Positions 12,738 through 26,298 of a stretch of 64,000 nucleotides of DNA are shown here, piece by piece. Position 1 is the first letter of the stretch; the number at the start of each line of letters is the position of its first letter. Both the position numbers and the translations under genes were made by a program. The stretch covers positions 7,068,001 through 7,132,000 of the forward strand of contig JBHGNT010000018.1 of assembly GCA_043228905.1 (NCBI GenBank). The letters are read 5' to 3'. Source of the DNA: Azolla caroliniana (lineage: Eukaryota > Plantae > Polypodiophyta). The notes below the pieces were generated by a model that saw nothing but the letters and a program-made list of their open reading frames with translations, had not been told where the DNA came from and searched no databases.

Positions 12738-12953
12738 CTGAGGTTGTGCACCTATTCATGAGGTATACGACCATGTTTGCCGCTTCTGCCCAGTACGATT
12801 TCAGAAGGTTCTTCTCATTCATCATGGCTCGTGCGACTTCTACTATGTGGCGGTTTTTACGCTCAGCTACACCATTTTGCTGAGGTGTATGTCGACACGA
12901 GAACTCTCGTCGGACTCCTTCCTTGCGGAGATACGCCGAGAACTCATCCGAAG

Positions 12954-13118
12954 ACAAAGAAAAGGACAAACTCCATGTACGCTACCTCGTCAACCATGCA
13001 CACTCAAGACCCACGACGTGCCCCGCATCTGGCACAGGAGTCAAGCGGGGCAAACACGCCTCCAAGCGCGTCGCCTCAAAATACAAGCACAATTCACGTT
13101 GTTCGTTTGGATGTGTGT
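12954..13118 (-). other. ITS1 fragment of captured rDNA
   Basis: Directly follows the 18S 3' end GGATCATTG; not Copia-like. Confidence 0.7.
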
Positions 13119-13267
13119 CAATGATCCTTCCGCAGGTTTACCTATGGAAACCTTGTTAGACTTCTCCTTCCTCTAATTGATGTGGCTTAATGAACTTCTC
13201 ACAACGTCGCCGTCAGGGGACCGCCAGCGTCGCCGCGATCTGAAAATTTCACCGGACCATTCAATCA

Positions 13268-13356
<89 letters not shown>

Positions 13357-13741
13357 TCAATAATTGCAATGATCTATCCCCATCATGATGAAATTTCAAA
13401 AGATTACCCAGACCTATCGGTGCAGGTGGTAAACTCGTTGAATTCATCAGTGTAGCGCGTGTGCGGCCCAGAACATCTAAGGGCATTACAGACCTGTTAT
13501 TGCCTCAAACTTCCATGGCCTAGACGGCCATAGTCCCTCTAAGAAGTTGGCCACAAAGAGGATCCTTTGTGTAACTAGTTAGCAGGCTGAGGTCTCGTTC
13601 ATTAACGGCATCAATATAACATCCGCCAATCCCTAGTAGGCATCGTTTATGGTTCAGAGTAGGACGATATCTGATCGTCTTCGAGCCCCTAACTTTTGTT
13701 CTTGATTAATGAAAACATCTTTGGCAAATGCTTTCGTAGTA

Positions 13742-13773
<32 letters not shown>

Positions 13774-14678
13774 CTGACAATGAAATAGGAATGCCCCCAA
13801 CTGTCCCTATTAATCATTACTCCGGTCCCGAAGACCAACACAATAGGACCGGAGTCCTATCACGTTATTCCATGGTAATGTATTCAGAGCATAGGCTTGC
13901 TTTGAGCACTCTAATTTTTTCAAAGTAACATCCCCGAATCCGTGTCCCGGCCAGTTAAGGACAGGAGTGCGTCCTCGACAGAAAGGGCGGAGCAACCAGT
14001 GCACACCAAAAAGGTGGACCGCTCGCCCCGCCCTGAGATCCAACTACGAGCTTTTTAACTGCAACAACTTAAATATACGCTATTGGAGCTGGAATTACTG
14101 CGGCTGTTGGCAGCAGACTTTTCCTCCAATGGATCCTCATTAAGGGATTTAGATTGTACTCATTCCAATTACCGGACTTGTAAAAGCCTAGTATTGTTAT
14201 CTATTGTCACTACCTCCCCGTGTCGGGATTGGGTAATTTGCGCGCCTGCTGCCTTCCTTGGATGTGGTAGCCGTTTCTCAGGCTCCCTCTCCGGAATTGA
14301 ACCCTAATTCTCCATCACCCGTCACCACCATGGGAGGCCTCTATCTTACCATTGAAAGTTGATAGGGCAGAAATTTGAATGAAGCATCGCCGGCGCAAAG
14401 GCCGTGCGATTCAGGAAGTTATCATGATTCACCGCAATACCGGGCAAGCCCGCATAGGCCTTTTATCTAATAAATGCATCCCTTCCAGAAGTCGGGAGTT
14501 GGTGCACGTATTAGCTCTAGAATTACTACAGTTATCTGAGTAGCAAGGTACCATCAAAGAAACTATAACTGATTTAATGAGCCATTCGCAGTTTCACAGT
14601 ACGAAAGAGTTTATACTTACACATGCATGGCTTAATCTTTGAGATAAGCATATGACTACTGGCAGGATCAACCAGGTA
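13119..14678 (-). pseudogene. 18S rRNA: 18S rRNA pseudogene (1560 bp, roughly 250 bp internal deletion near 13610)
   Basis: Starts TACCTGGTTGATCCTGCCAG and ends AAGGATCATTG; many substitutions in normally invariant motifs; one central block is missing. Confidence 0.96.
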
Positions 14679-15242
14679 GCTATCCTCCATTACACATGCA
14701 ACCCAAAAGAGGGTCGAGTGCTTCGAATTTGTTACGCACGACGTCGCCAAACAACAACGCCACATCACCCACATCATCTTGCATGGAGCAACCCGAGTCT
14801 GAGACGGAGTGAAGGAATGAGAAAATAAGCATCCCTCGTCTCGCATCGAACCCAACCTCGTCGAGGGCGATCCACAACCCCCCCAGGAGATTCCTCCAGT
14901 AGGGGAAGGATCGACCAAGATTAATCTAGAACGCTGGGGTACAACACCCTATGTATAGATACAAGCCGCACAAATTCGCCGACGGATATATGAGACCACT
15001 GAACAAACCTTGACCTAGCCCACGCCCTAGAGGGGAGTCAACGGCTTCGGCGCTCCGATCCAAGCAAAGACTACCACCCAAACATATCATCTACTAAGCA
15101 ATGCGACCAACATAATGCCAAGAGAGCCCCATGAGACCCAACCAAGATGTATGCTAGCCATGTCGTCCGATGAAACAACCGGGATGAACTCAAATGCAAT
15201 GAACAGGTTGCACTTGATAATACACAAAGCGTTGATTCAACG
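14679..15242 (-). other. Probable 5' ETS of captured rDNA
   Basis: Non-Copia sequence contiguous with the 18S 5' end, running to the point where the Copia F integrase resumes. Confidence 0.65.
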
Positions 15243-17197
15243 TTTGCCTCCATGTGATCGAAGGCAGTGTACATGCCGGCCCGTGGTTTTTTCCACTTTG
15301 GCTTTGAATTTCTGGAAGTGGCCGAACACTTCACTCTTTTGCTTCATCGAATAAATCCAGGTATTTCTGGAGAAGTCGTCGATGAACGTGACATAGTAAC
15401 GGCATCTGCCGAAAGTAGTTGTTTGGGCTGGTCCCCACACATCTGAATGTATGACATCCAGGATCCCTTTTCTTACATTCCGCTCTTTTGGGAATGGATG
15501 ACGACGTTGCTTTCTGAATTGGCATGCTTCGCACATGCCTGTGATCTCCTTTGCCGTAAAGTTCGGGAGTCCGATTACGACTCCTTTTGTCTACATGTTC
15601 TGAAGCTTCTGGAGATTGATGTGGCTGATTCCCTTGTGCCACAATTTTAAGTCGGTTTCAACTTTCTGGCCATTTGCATACATAGCCGACTTTACTTCGC
15701 TCGACTCGAGGATGAACATACGGCCTTCTCGTCTGCCGTGAGCTACGATTTGATCGCCTTTTTCAATGAAGCACCCATCGTTGTTGAAGCGTACCTGCAT
15801 TCCTTGTTCTACAATCTGGCCAACTGAGACCAAATTTTTCGTGATGGTGGGAACAAGCAGTACGTTCTTGAGGTAGGTCTGTTCTTCGTCGTTTCCGAAT
15901 GGGACATTCCCGATATGTTGTATTAGATGAGTCGTATCATCGCCTGTTTCGACATATCCAGGACGTTTGGGCTTCCGTAATTCCCGAAACCAATCTTCAT
16001 GGGAAGTCATGTGATTGGAAGCTCCCGAATTGACAAACCATACACTATTAGGAGTGGAGGCACTGGTTGTCGCAAATGCAGACATCGAGTGTGCTTCGTG
16101 CTTCATTATGAACATTCTGCCACGGTCTCCGTAGTCGAAGTTCGTGGCGTAATTTGTCAGTTGTCGGCCTGCCTCACATTTCTTCTTCTGGCACTCCTCT
16201 TCGTAGTGACCGGGTTTTCGGTAATACCCGCACTCGACTGGGTTTCGACGATTGCTCGGTCCGGCGTTATGACTCCCCCTTTCGCCGAACTCTCTGGAAC
16301 CATTTCTATCCGTTTGCCATTGGTGAGAGTTACGCTCTTCATTTTGCCGATCATTACGACCTTGTCTGAAGCGACCTCTGTGACCTCGACCGAAATTCCT
16401 TCTATCATCCGACTGGGAGTAGAGCATATGACCATCTGGTGCATTGCTCTTCTACCGGGCGTGATTCTCTTCGACCAACAATATTGACTGAAGGTTGAAG
16501 AAGGAGGGAGGGTTCTTCCTTGCGAGAATAGCCAATCTAATTGCGCCGAAATGCGGTGCTAAGCCTCCAAGCCATATCTGCACCAGTTCTTCATCGTCAA
16601 TGACGATGTTGTTTGATCCAAGGGCGTCACATAGCTCCTTGATCTTCAAGGTATAGGTTGAGATTGACATGTTCCTCTGTTGGATGTTATTCAACTCTTG
16701 ACGAAGCTGAAGCTTGCCTGTGGCCGTGTTGGCTACAAAAATCTTTTTGAGATTTTCCCATGCCTGCTTCAGTTCTTTTGCCTCTCAAATGTAGCCAAGC
16801 ATGTGATCATGAACGCATGATGCAAGGCAATACAACACACAGCTTGCGGCTTGCTCCCAAGCGGGATAGTCAGCATGTGTTGGGTTGGGGTGTGATTCGT
16901 GAGCTCCTTCAATGTAGCTCCAGTAGCCTTGTCCGACAAGATATTGATGCATCTTGTATTCCCAAGATGCAAAGTTCGTTCTGTTGAGCTTCTTGGTAGG
17001 AAGAGCACTTCCCATTTGAGTATTCATGGTGATTTCTTCTCTATCGATGGGTCGGTTCTTTTGATCGTCGGCGTGCAGCACAACACAGTTGAAAATGCTT
17101 GATCAGGCAACCACACGCTCTGATACCATGTTAAGAAATGGGAAGGCAAGAGTGGTTGCAATGCAAAGGAAGGTGAACGTATGTGTGTGTGTGTAAC

Positions 17198-17235
<38 letters not shown>

Positions 17236-19446
17236 AAAGTGTATATAATATTAACAAAACGAAATACATCCAACAGTGACTAAGTTACAATGAGTTGGTT
17301 TATATACCAACTAAGCTAGGGCAATCACCCTTTCTACTATTTACAAAACTAGCCTGGAATGTCCATGAGCTAGTGTGAAACCTATCTATGGGAAGTTGAG
17401 TTCGATTCTCAATAGTGTGACATAAAAACAACGTTGTCGTGGGGAATTCAGGCCATAAGGTGAAACCTCGCCTTCTTGCCTGATTTGATCAAAGCATTTT
17501 AGTGCCTCTTCATGAACACCGTACTCTACATAGCCTTGTTGAGAGTGCAACCATCATTTTCTTAAGTGAGATAGGAAGATTTCTATTTGATTTATCCATT
17601 ACATAGAAGAACTTTGATGACCTTTCCCTTTGAAGGCCAAAATCACTATCTCAGAGAGAAATTTGGCCACAAACAAGCCAATTTTTGAAAACGATTACTT
17701 ATACATCTAAGGCTCTCATTTTGTGTGTGTGTGTTTTGCTCTCATGGTTGCGTTGCTTATCCCTTCCTGATAATTGTTGAGGAGTAAATGAAGACTTATT
17801 CGTATTGGTTGATGTGGAAGCGTCTGCGTTTAACTCCAAAATTTGTTGTTGAATGTTTTCAAACTGATGCCTATTGGCATCAAGAAGCCCTTCAAGTTTG
17901 AAGGAAAACGCAGTTGTGACCATTGTCATTGACTTGACAATATCGTCTTGCGTTTTATGAAAATCATCCCTCGTGACGAATTCGATATCGTCGTTAATAT
18001 CCTCGTCATGGACTAGAGATATTGGTCGTTCTTCCTCATCTCACATAGGAGAAATTGAATGACCTTGATGGGTGGGAGATGTGGGATGTATCGAAAAACT
18101 TCGATGGTTGGGAGATGTGTGATGTGTGGAATTGCGAGAGGAGGAAGCCATGAAAAATAAGGGGAGTTGAGACAGTAAAGAAAGAAGTATACTAAAGTCT
18201 AAAATACTAAAGTGTGTTATACAATACTTTAGAATTTGGATGAGGAAGGGAAGAGTGATAGATCATGAGAGAGTGGGAATACTTATATACCCAATTTTCT
18301 TAAGTCGGTGAGTAATAAATATCCCCCTAGATATGTACAATTTAGGCATTTATCCCCTTTTCATCTATAGGGATTCCTAGATTAGACATTAGGAGTAATA
18401 CCTTCCCTTTTAGGAAGTCAGTGATGAGAAGTTGGTGGCCACCTCTCTAAGGTTAATCTCTTGAATGCCTCCAAACTATGAAATTCTCCCTTTTTAATTA
18501 TGAGAATTCCTAGTTTAGATTTTAGGGATAAACATCCCCTTTTTGGATGTCGGTGGGGATAGAAAGTGACTTCCTTTAGATTCATTGTACTAACCAAATA
18601 ATGGTGATGATCATCCCAATAATGATGATCTCTTCACTCATTATCCCAATATTCCTCCCATCCATCTTATACTCATGATCCCTTGTCAAACACTAATTTT
18701 TTTTCTTATCTCTCTCCTTCACGTAGATTAATAAATGATGATGATCTTATCCTTATAATCATATAATAATCCTTATAATCATATAATAATCCTTATAATC
18801 AACTATATAATCATCCATATAATTCAAACGCACCCATTGTGATGGATGATTATGGCCCTTTGATATAATCATAGGGTCGATGATCAATTGATTATTTACA
18901 TTCAATGATCCTCACCCTAACTCTATCAACCAATTTTAATGACATTGATTACCAATGATCATTATCCATATATATGATGATCATCAATTATTTCATCGAA
19001 AATTAGATGATCAAGCATCACCTATAGTATATTAGGTGGCCAACCTCTTGAGATGCGATCTCCACATGTAAGGCCGCCTCATGGGCATGGCCATCTTGAT
19101 CAAGAGGGGTATACGAAAAATAAATAAAAGAATATTTATCGTGCTTTTATTTTAATAAATATATATTGAATATCTAAACGTATAAACACATATAGTAGTA
19201 ATAATAACAATAATTGTATAGAACTCTTTTTTTCTTTTACTTAACCCCTTGCTTTTTGGTCCATCAATGGATTGAACTCAAAGCCTTTCTCAAGGATATG
19301 ACATGAATATACTAACCAACCCATCACACAAATTTTGATGTCAAACCCTCAATATTTTTATTATACGTAACGCCATACAATACACCGCACACACATAACC
19401 TCAAACGAACTCTCTGTGGCATTTTCGACACTCCCCCAATCCATTG

Positions 19447-20176
19447 TCTAACATACATTCACTGTAAAAATATATTTTCCCGTACTATAGCACACAACGC
19501 TAATCCAATCAAACATTATTTTTTTGGGATTAAAACCGCTCTGATACTACATGTAATAACCAAGATCATTAATCCTAAAATAAAGACATAAGTGACACAC
19601 TCATATTGAAAATACGCGTTATCACCCATTCGCCCCGGCCCCAGAGTCGACATCATAGACGAGGATCCCAATCAGTTCCATACCAGCCAGGATCTCCATG
19701 TCAGAACCTTGGTAGATGACTAGTCCACATCAAAGAAAGAAAGATATATTAACGTCTTCTAAGGCCAAAATTGGCCCATGAGAGCTTCGTTAGAACCACT
19801 CCTGCACCCCCCCCCCCCCCCCTCCCCCTCCCCAATATCTAACATACATTCATCCGTAAAAAGACTATCATATTTTCCCGTACTATAGCACACAAAGCGA
19901 ATCCAATCAAACATTATTTTTTTAGAATTAAAACCGCTCTCATACCACATGTAATAACCAAGATCATTAATCCTAAAATAAAGACATAAGTGACACATTC
20001 ATATTGAAAATACGCGTTACCACCCATCTGCCCCCATGCCAGAGTCGACATCACAGACGAGGATCCCGATTTGTTCCATACTAGCTAGGATCTCCATGTT
20101 AGAACCTTGGTAGATGACTAGTCCACATCAAAGAGAGCTTCGTTAGAACCACTCCTGCCCCCCCCCCCCCCCCCCT
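19447..20176. repeat. Tandem duplication (2 units of about 340-390 bp), each with a PBS-like site, LTR-end-like sequence and a poly-C run
   Basis: 19447-19833 and 19838-20176 are near-identical; each has CCGCTCT(G/C)ATAC(T/C)ACATGTAATAACC. Confidence 0.85.
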
Positions 20177-20239
20177 AACCGACGACTATGATATTACAGT
20201 ATGATAGCCCCCAAATAAGCACGTCTAAACCAATGAACA

Positions 20240-21651
20240 TTACAACGGCCAAGAAGTGTCGTGTAGCATAGTCGATGGTGGATCAGGAGTGAATTTCATT
20301 AATAAGACTACCTGTGATCGGTTGGGCATCACCAAATGGGAAGCATGTCCTTTTTGGCTACAAATGGCCGATACCAGTACGGTTCGACCACTAGGGCTCA
20401 TCCGACAACTTGATATTATGATTGGCAGCCACACATTTCAGATATCGGCTGTCGTACTCCATTTGGAGGCACAAGGAGCTTACCCCATGTTGTTGGGTTG
20501 ACCATGGCTTCAAACTGCTAATATTAAACAGAATTGGCAGAAGAATCTTCAAACGTTCCGAAAAGGCAAGACCAAGATTTGAGTGTCCATGCAGAAAAAG
20601 GTGGTGACATCACGACAATGTGTGTCGTTATATGCTAAAGCTGTCAATATGATGGAGGGGCTAGATGGTGGAGAAGAACATCAATATTTTGAAGACAATC
20701 CCAAGATTATTCCATTATTCGAAATCGATGTCGTCAAAGTACATACGCCATATCTCGGTGATGATGAAAAAGTGGACGATTTGCAAGTCGACGATAAGAC
20801 TCTGAGGGGGTTACGCCTACAACAAGAAGCGATGGAGAAAGAAATGCAAGTATCACAACGTGTATAGGCTTCGACATTGGAAGAATTAAATCTTGTCGAC
20901 AATGAGAAAGAGCCAAAAACATTACTCACAACGAAAGAGATGCAGTCGGCCGACAAATCAAGACTGGTTGAACTACTGTGACAATACAAAGATGTATTTG
21001 CGTGGTCATTTGAAGATATGAAAGGCCTAGAGATCCGACGTTCTGCTAGCATCAGATTAATCTATAGAAAGATCCGATAAAGCAACGAAGGTAAAAGAGG
21101 AAATTGACAAAACTACTATGAGTTGGCTTTATCCAACCAGTCAAGAAGGCTACTTGGCTAAGTCCGATAATCGTGGTCCCTAAAAAGAATGGTAAGATCA
21201 GAGTATGTGTCGACTATCGAAAATTGAATGCTACCATAGTGACAGATGCCTTTCCGTTACCTTTCACAGATGGAGTCCTTGATGCAATGGTTGGCCATGA
21301 AATATATGGCTTCCTAGATGGCTTCAGTGGATATAATCAAATTCGGATGCATCCCGAAGATTAGGAGAAAATTGCTTTTGTCACCAAATAGGGTGTATTT
21401 GTAGTGGTCGTCATGATGTTCAGGCTTAAAACGGCTCCAGTTACATTTCAAAGGGTGATCATGGAAATTTATTCTGATTATATACTAGCTTTTATGCAGG
21501 TATTTTTGGATGACTTTACAGTATACGGTTGACAAACCAACCATTCTGAACATCTCCAACTCTATTTGGAGAGGTGTCGACAAGGAAGGCTAACCTTAAA
21601 TCTAGCAAAATACGCATTGGGGGTGACAAGTGTAATGTTGCTCGGACATAT
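20240..21651 (+). pseudogene. Decayed Gypsy pol fragment (protease-RT), related to A/B
   Basis: IVDGGSGVNFI, CPFWLQMAD, VPKKNGKIRVCVDYRKLN; many stops; truncated at LLGHI. Confidence 0.9.
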
Positions 21652-22260
21652 TGATTTAACTTTCTTTCTCTTTCTATTTACTATTTGTATCTTACAAAAC
21701 ATGCTTACAAAAAATAAACTACTTTGGCAAGACTTGATCTCACAACCTCTAATAGGAAGAAGCTTTGAAATAAACCACATCAACACTCCTTTTTCTTTTT
21801 TTTTCTACCTTCACACAATTGCTTTATCCTCGCAAGCTTCTTCACTCGCTTTCTCCTCTTCTCCTCCTCCTTCATCCTACATGGGAGGGGCTTTTACAGA
21901 GATCCAACTGCCTAACTGCCTTGCCACCCTTCTTGAGGCAGTTTACAAACCGCCTCATGCATGGGAGGTTGCATTTTTTTAAAATTTTAAATTTTAAATT
22001 AAATTATTTTTTTTAATAATTTAAAATTTTAAAAATACAAAATGGTTCTTAATTTATTTTAAACTCCCCCTTTCGATATAATTATATTTTTGTCCATAGT
22101 AATCTTGAAACTAACATTGATTCTTCTAAAGGTTGTATCTTGGGCTACCGAACTCCGATTCACGAATCGTAATCTCGTACACATTCTTTGTTGCAAGTTC
22201 CAAATGGAAATTTTATTTCTCAATATTTTTAACATTTGTGAACAGCAAACGACACAGATA

Positions 22261-25200
22261 TGTACCAAAGAAGAAAACAGTAGATTGACACACAGAGCTT
22301 CAATGGAGGTTCTCGTTATTCTGTAACTCTCTCTCTACAAGACTCAAGATACAAGAAGGTTCAACCTCATTACAATGTTAGGTTAGGGCTTGTATACTCA
22401 AGCCCTAACTATTGGATGTGTTCACACTAGTAAGGATACAAGATGGAAGGAGTCGGCCTTTTATGCCAACAAACTCCCCCGTAAACGGAGTACTCTTTTT
22501 GCATACAATGGTAAAGGGTTATCTCCCCCATAAACCTAGGTTAAAATTTAACCTAAAGTTATAGTTTCAAGTCAATCGGCATATAGCCGAGTCAACGGAG
22601 GTAAGGTCGATATCTAGCCTGATTCTGCTAGTTATCCTAATAGGTTGGATCAAATTGTTCACAGCGTCTTGCGTCGAGTTGGCTTGTTGTCAACTCGTGC
22701 TTGATCCTGTGCTTTCGATTCTTTTGGCTTTGCCTTGTCGGCTCGTCCGATCGGTCAAATCTTCATCTTACATTCTATTCCACGGTCGACGTTCTTCTGC
22801 TCGGTCACTTGTCATAGTCCCATCTTTGTCCTTATTGCTCCGGAGCAATGTTCCAGGAGTGCCTTCGTCAGTCAATTGACGATGTTCACCTTAGTGTCAA
22901 TCTTCCAGACTTTGAGTTTCTTTTCTGTTACGAGCTCCTAGATGTGATGATATCGCACCTCAATATGTTGTGTCTTCGCATGACAGACATGATTATTTAT
23001 GAGGTGGATCATGCTCTGTGAGTCGCGGTAAATGGTTGGCGTTGGTCGGTTGATTTGACTTGTCATCGAGAAATCGGCTGACAGTCGGTGTAGCCAGATG
23101 GCTACCTTCACAACTTCTGATGCTACTATGTACTCAGCCTCTATTGTAGACAAAGTTGTGCTCTCTTGTAGCTTCGACCTCCATGATATGGCACCGTCAC
23201 CATGGGTGAAGATGTAGCCTGATGTCGACTTCCGATTTTCCGAATTCTAGGCATAGACGGAGTTTGTGTATCCTTCGACTTCAGTCGGGTTTACCGATCC
23301 GAAAGCCAGTTGCGCATCATTGGTCCCTTTTAGGTACCTAAAGATATGCTTGACAGTCTCCCAATGCTTCCGTCCTGGGTTCTACATGTAGCGGCTGACA
23401 ACCCCCACGACATAGGCATGGTCAGGTCGGGTCACCACCATTGCATACATGATACTTCCTATGGTCGATGCGTAGGGTATTTTTCCATTGAGCTCTCTCT
23501 CCTTATCCGTTGGAGGAGTGCCTCTGTCGAATAGTCGGATCGATGTCTGAAGCGGTGTTGGTGATGAATTCACATTCTCCGTGTTGAAGCGCCTCAACAC
23601 CTTTCAGATGTAGTCAGATTGGGAGAGTAGGAGAGTCTTTGCCATCCGATTTTGCTCAGTCCTCATGCCCAATAGGTGTCGGGCCTGTCTGAGTTCCTTC
23701 ATTGCCAACTTATTGTGAAGGCTCCACTTTAGCTTTCCGATTTCGGCTTGATTGCTCCCCGCATCAGCATGTCGTGGACATATAGGATCAAATAGATTCA
23801 TGACTCATCGGCTAGTTGTCGAGTATACATACATGGGTCAGAATCGGACCAGTTGTAGCCAAGTTGTCAGATGTAGGAGTCGAACTTCTGGTACCACATC
23901 CTCGACGCTTGTTTTAAGCCATAAAGGCTTTTCTTCAATCAACATACGAGGTCATTCTCCCCCGTCGTAGTGAAGCCTTCCGGTTGAGACACATAGATGT
24001 CTTCTTCCAAGTCTCTGTGTAGGAAAGCCATCTTGATGTCTAGTTGCCCAAGCTCAAGGTCTTCTCTCACCACGACTCTGAGTAGGAGCCGAAGGGTGGT
24101 CATCTTGACTATTGGCGAGAACATCTTGTCATAGTCGACCCCATGTTCTTGTTTGAATCCCTTCACGACGAGCCGAGCTTTGTGTTTGGGCTTCTCTATG
24201 TCAGATACATCTTTGTATCTGAAGACCCATTTGCAGGGCAACTCTTGCCTGTTGGTAGTTAGACAGGCTCCCATGTATTGTTCTGATGGATCGAGTCCAT
24301 CTCTGATCTCATGGCTTGTAGCCATGTGTCGGCATCCGGCGTGGCTATAGCTTCTTCGTATGTGCTTGGTTCGCCTGCATCGGTGTAGTTGACGTAGTCA
24401 AGGCCCGATTGATAGAAATTTGTTGGCCTTCTAACTCGTCTGGATCTCCTAGGTGCCGAAGTGATCGGTTCGGATCCTTCGATTGGCTCTGGCGGTCAAT
24501 TGGTATTTGTTGAACCACTGATGTCACGAGTCCTGTTGGATGACTTGCCCTTGTAGAGGGATTTCCGCGGTGTCAAGTCATCCTCCCCTTCTTTGGGATC
24601 GATTGATCTGGCAGCTTTTGCCTTGGACATATTGTCTTTGTCAATTCTTGTCGATCGCGTACTCGACCCATTTTCGACTAGTGGACCTCTTGTCGATTCG
24701 GGGTTGGCAGGGTTGGTGTTGGCTCAGTCGATTTTGACTGTTTGAAAGAGACATTTTTTCCCGGTGTTAGGCTGGTGGGTCGGTCTTTCTACGTCTTCTT
24801 TGTCGATTCTGAAAGAGACCTTTCGGCCCACTATTTTCTGTTGGTTCCGCTCAAAGAGAATAGAGTCTTGATTGAAGACTACATCACTATTCCATATCAG
24901 TATCTGGTTCTCTGGGTCCCATAGCATGTAGCCGAATTCCCCATTGGTTCCACAACCGAGAAATATGCATTTCGTTGCATGGGGTGCCAACTTAGTCCTC
25001 TTCTCCCTAGGGACGAAAGCGTAGGCTTCGCGTCCGAATATACAAAGCCTGTCATAGGTCGGTTGTTTGCATGACCATAGTGCCAATGCTACTTCCAGCT
25101 TGATTGCTTTTGATGAGGATAGATTTATCATGTAAACTGCCATCTGGAATGCTTCGACCCAAAACTCCAACTTCAGTTCGGCTTGTTGGAGCATTGCCGT

Positions 25201-26015
25201 CACCCTCTCTTGGATCGTTCGGTTGATCCGTTCTGCCACTCCATTCTGTATGGGTGTGTATGGAACGGTCTTTTGATGCCGGATCCCTTTGTCGAACATG
25301 TACTGTTTGAAGGCTCGGAAGGTGTATTCTCCTCTGTTGTCGGATCAAAGTGTCTTCACTTTGTGTCCCGACTGGTTCTCCACTTCAACTATCCACCAAG
25401 TGAAGACGTCGAGCGCTTCGTCTTTTGACCAAATTGAATAGGCCCAAACTTTCCATGTATAGTCATCTACAAACGTGATGAAGTACCAGGAACCTCTTAG
25501 TGATCATTGAGGCATAGGCCCACATATATTTGTGTGCATGAGCTCTAGGGGTTGTCGTACCGTCTCATAATTGAGAGAGTGCAAACTTCGTGTCTGTTTC
25601 CCATATCGACAATGCTCCAAAAGTCCGTTTTTGCTTGGAGTTTTGGAATATAACCAACCACCATCAGCGGATCTAGGCCGGCTTGAGACATATGGAGGAA
25701 TCGGCCATGCCATAAGTTTGGGTCGGTCGTTTCGGCTACATTCACATCCCCTTCTGGATTGATTGCCATCATTGGATACAAGTTGTTGTACTTGTGTCTG
25801 CTTCCAATTTTCAGGTTTCCATGGCTAATCATCCAAGTCGACTCATTGAGAGTCATTCGGTACCCATCTTCGGCTAACATGCAGATGGAGACCAGACTCC
25901 TTTTCAATGCGGGTACATGCCGAACTTGGTGCAGGGTGATCATATTGTTGGATCGGTCTCTCTCATTTTCATGTTGATGAGGACTTCTTCTTGTATACAA
26001 CTTGTAGCTTCTCAC
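22261..26015 (-). mobile_element. 5'-truncated, decayed Copia element G (INT-RT-RH, PPT, 3' LTR about 22471-22261)
   Basis: TNICGP, TVPYTPIQNGVAER, KARLVVKGF, QLDIKMAFL, STIEAEY, HIEVRYH motifs; GGGGGAG PPT adjacent to TGTTGG. Confidence 0.88.
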
Positions 26016-26298
26016 AAAGTGAGAACGTTGTCGTCTCTTTTGCCATGCTAAAATAGATGTTTTCGGATAGGTGCATTCGAATGGTGGAGCGAGCCATTTT
26101 TTCCATTGATCTCTACTCTTCGGTCCTCATTGAAGCAAGTTTTTCGCTATGTTGAATGATTTCAACTTGTCTTCGAATGATCAACACGTCTTGCATCATC
26201 TCCTTTCACAGGGTAAAATTTTTGCCGTCGAACTTTATGAGAGACTTGGCTGGAAATGAAACTCGTCTCAACACATTGTCAATTCCTTTAAACAACGT

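Larger units (their letters stand above)
12738..17414 (-). mobile_element. Older Ty1/Copia element F (interrupted by an rDNA fragment and by Copia E)
   Basis: PBS TGGTATCAGAGCG 17128-17116, LTR from 17129 (outer end about 17414, uncertain), gag KKLNRTNFASWEYKM, protease WFVNSGASNHMT, integrase split at 15243/12953. Confidence 0.88.

Noticed and set aside
13265-14918. Short ORFs inside the 18S region
   Set aside because: Spurious frames in rRNA sequence.
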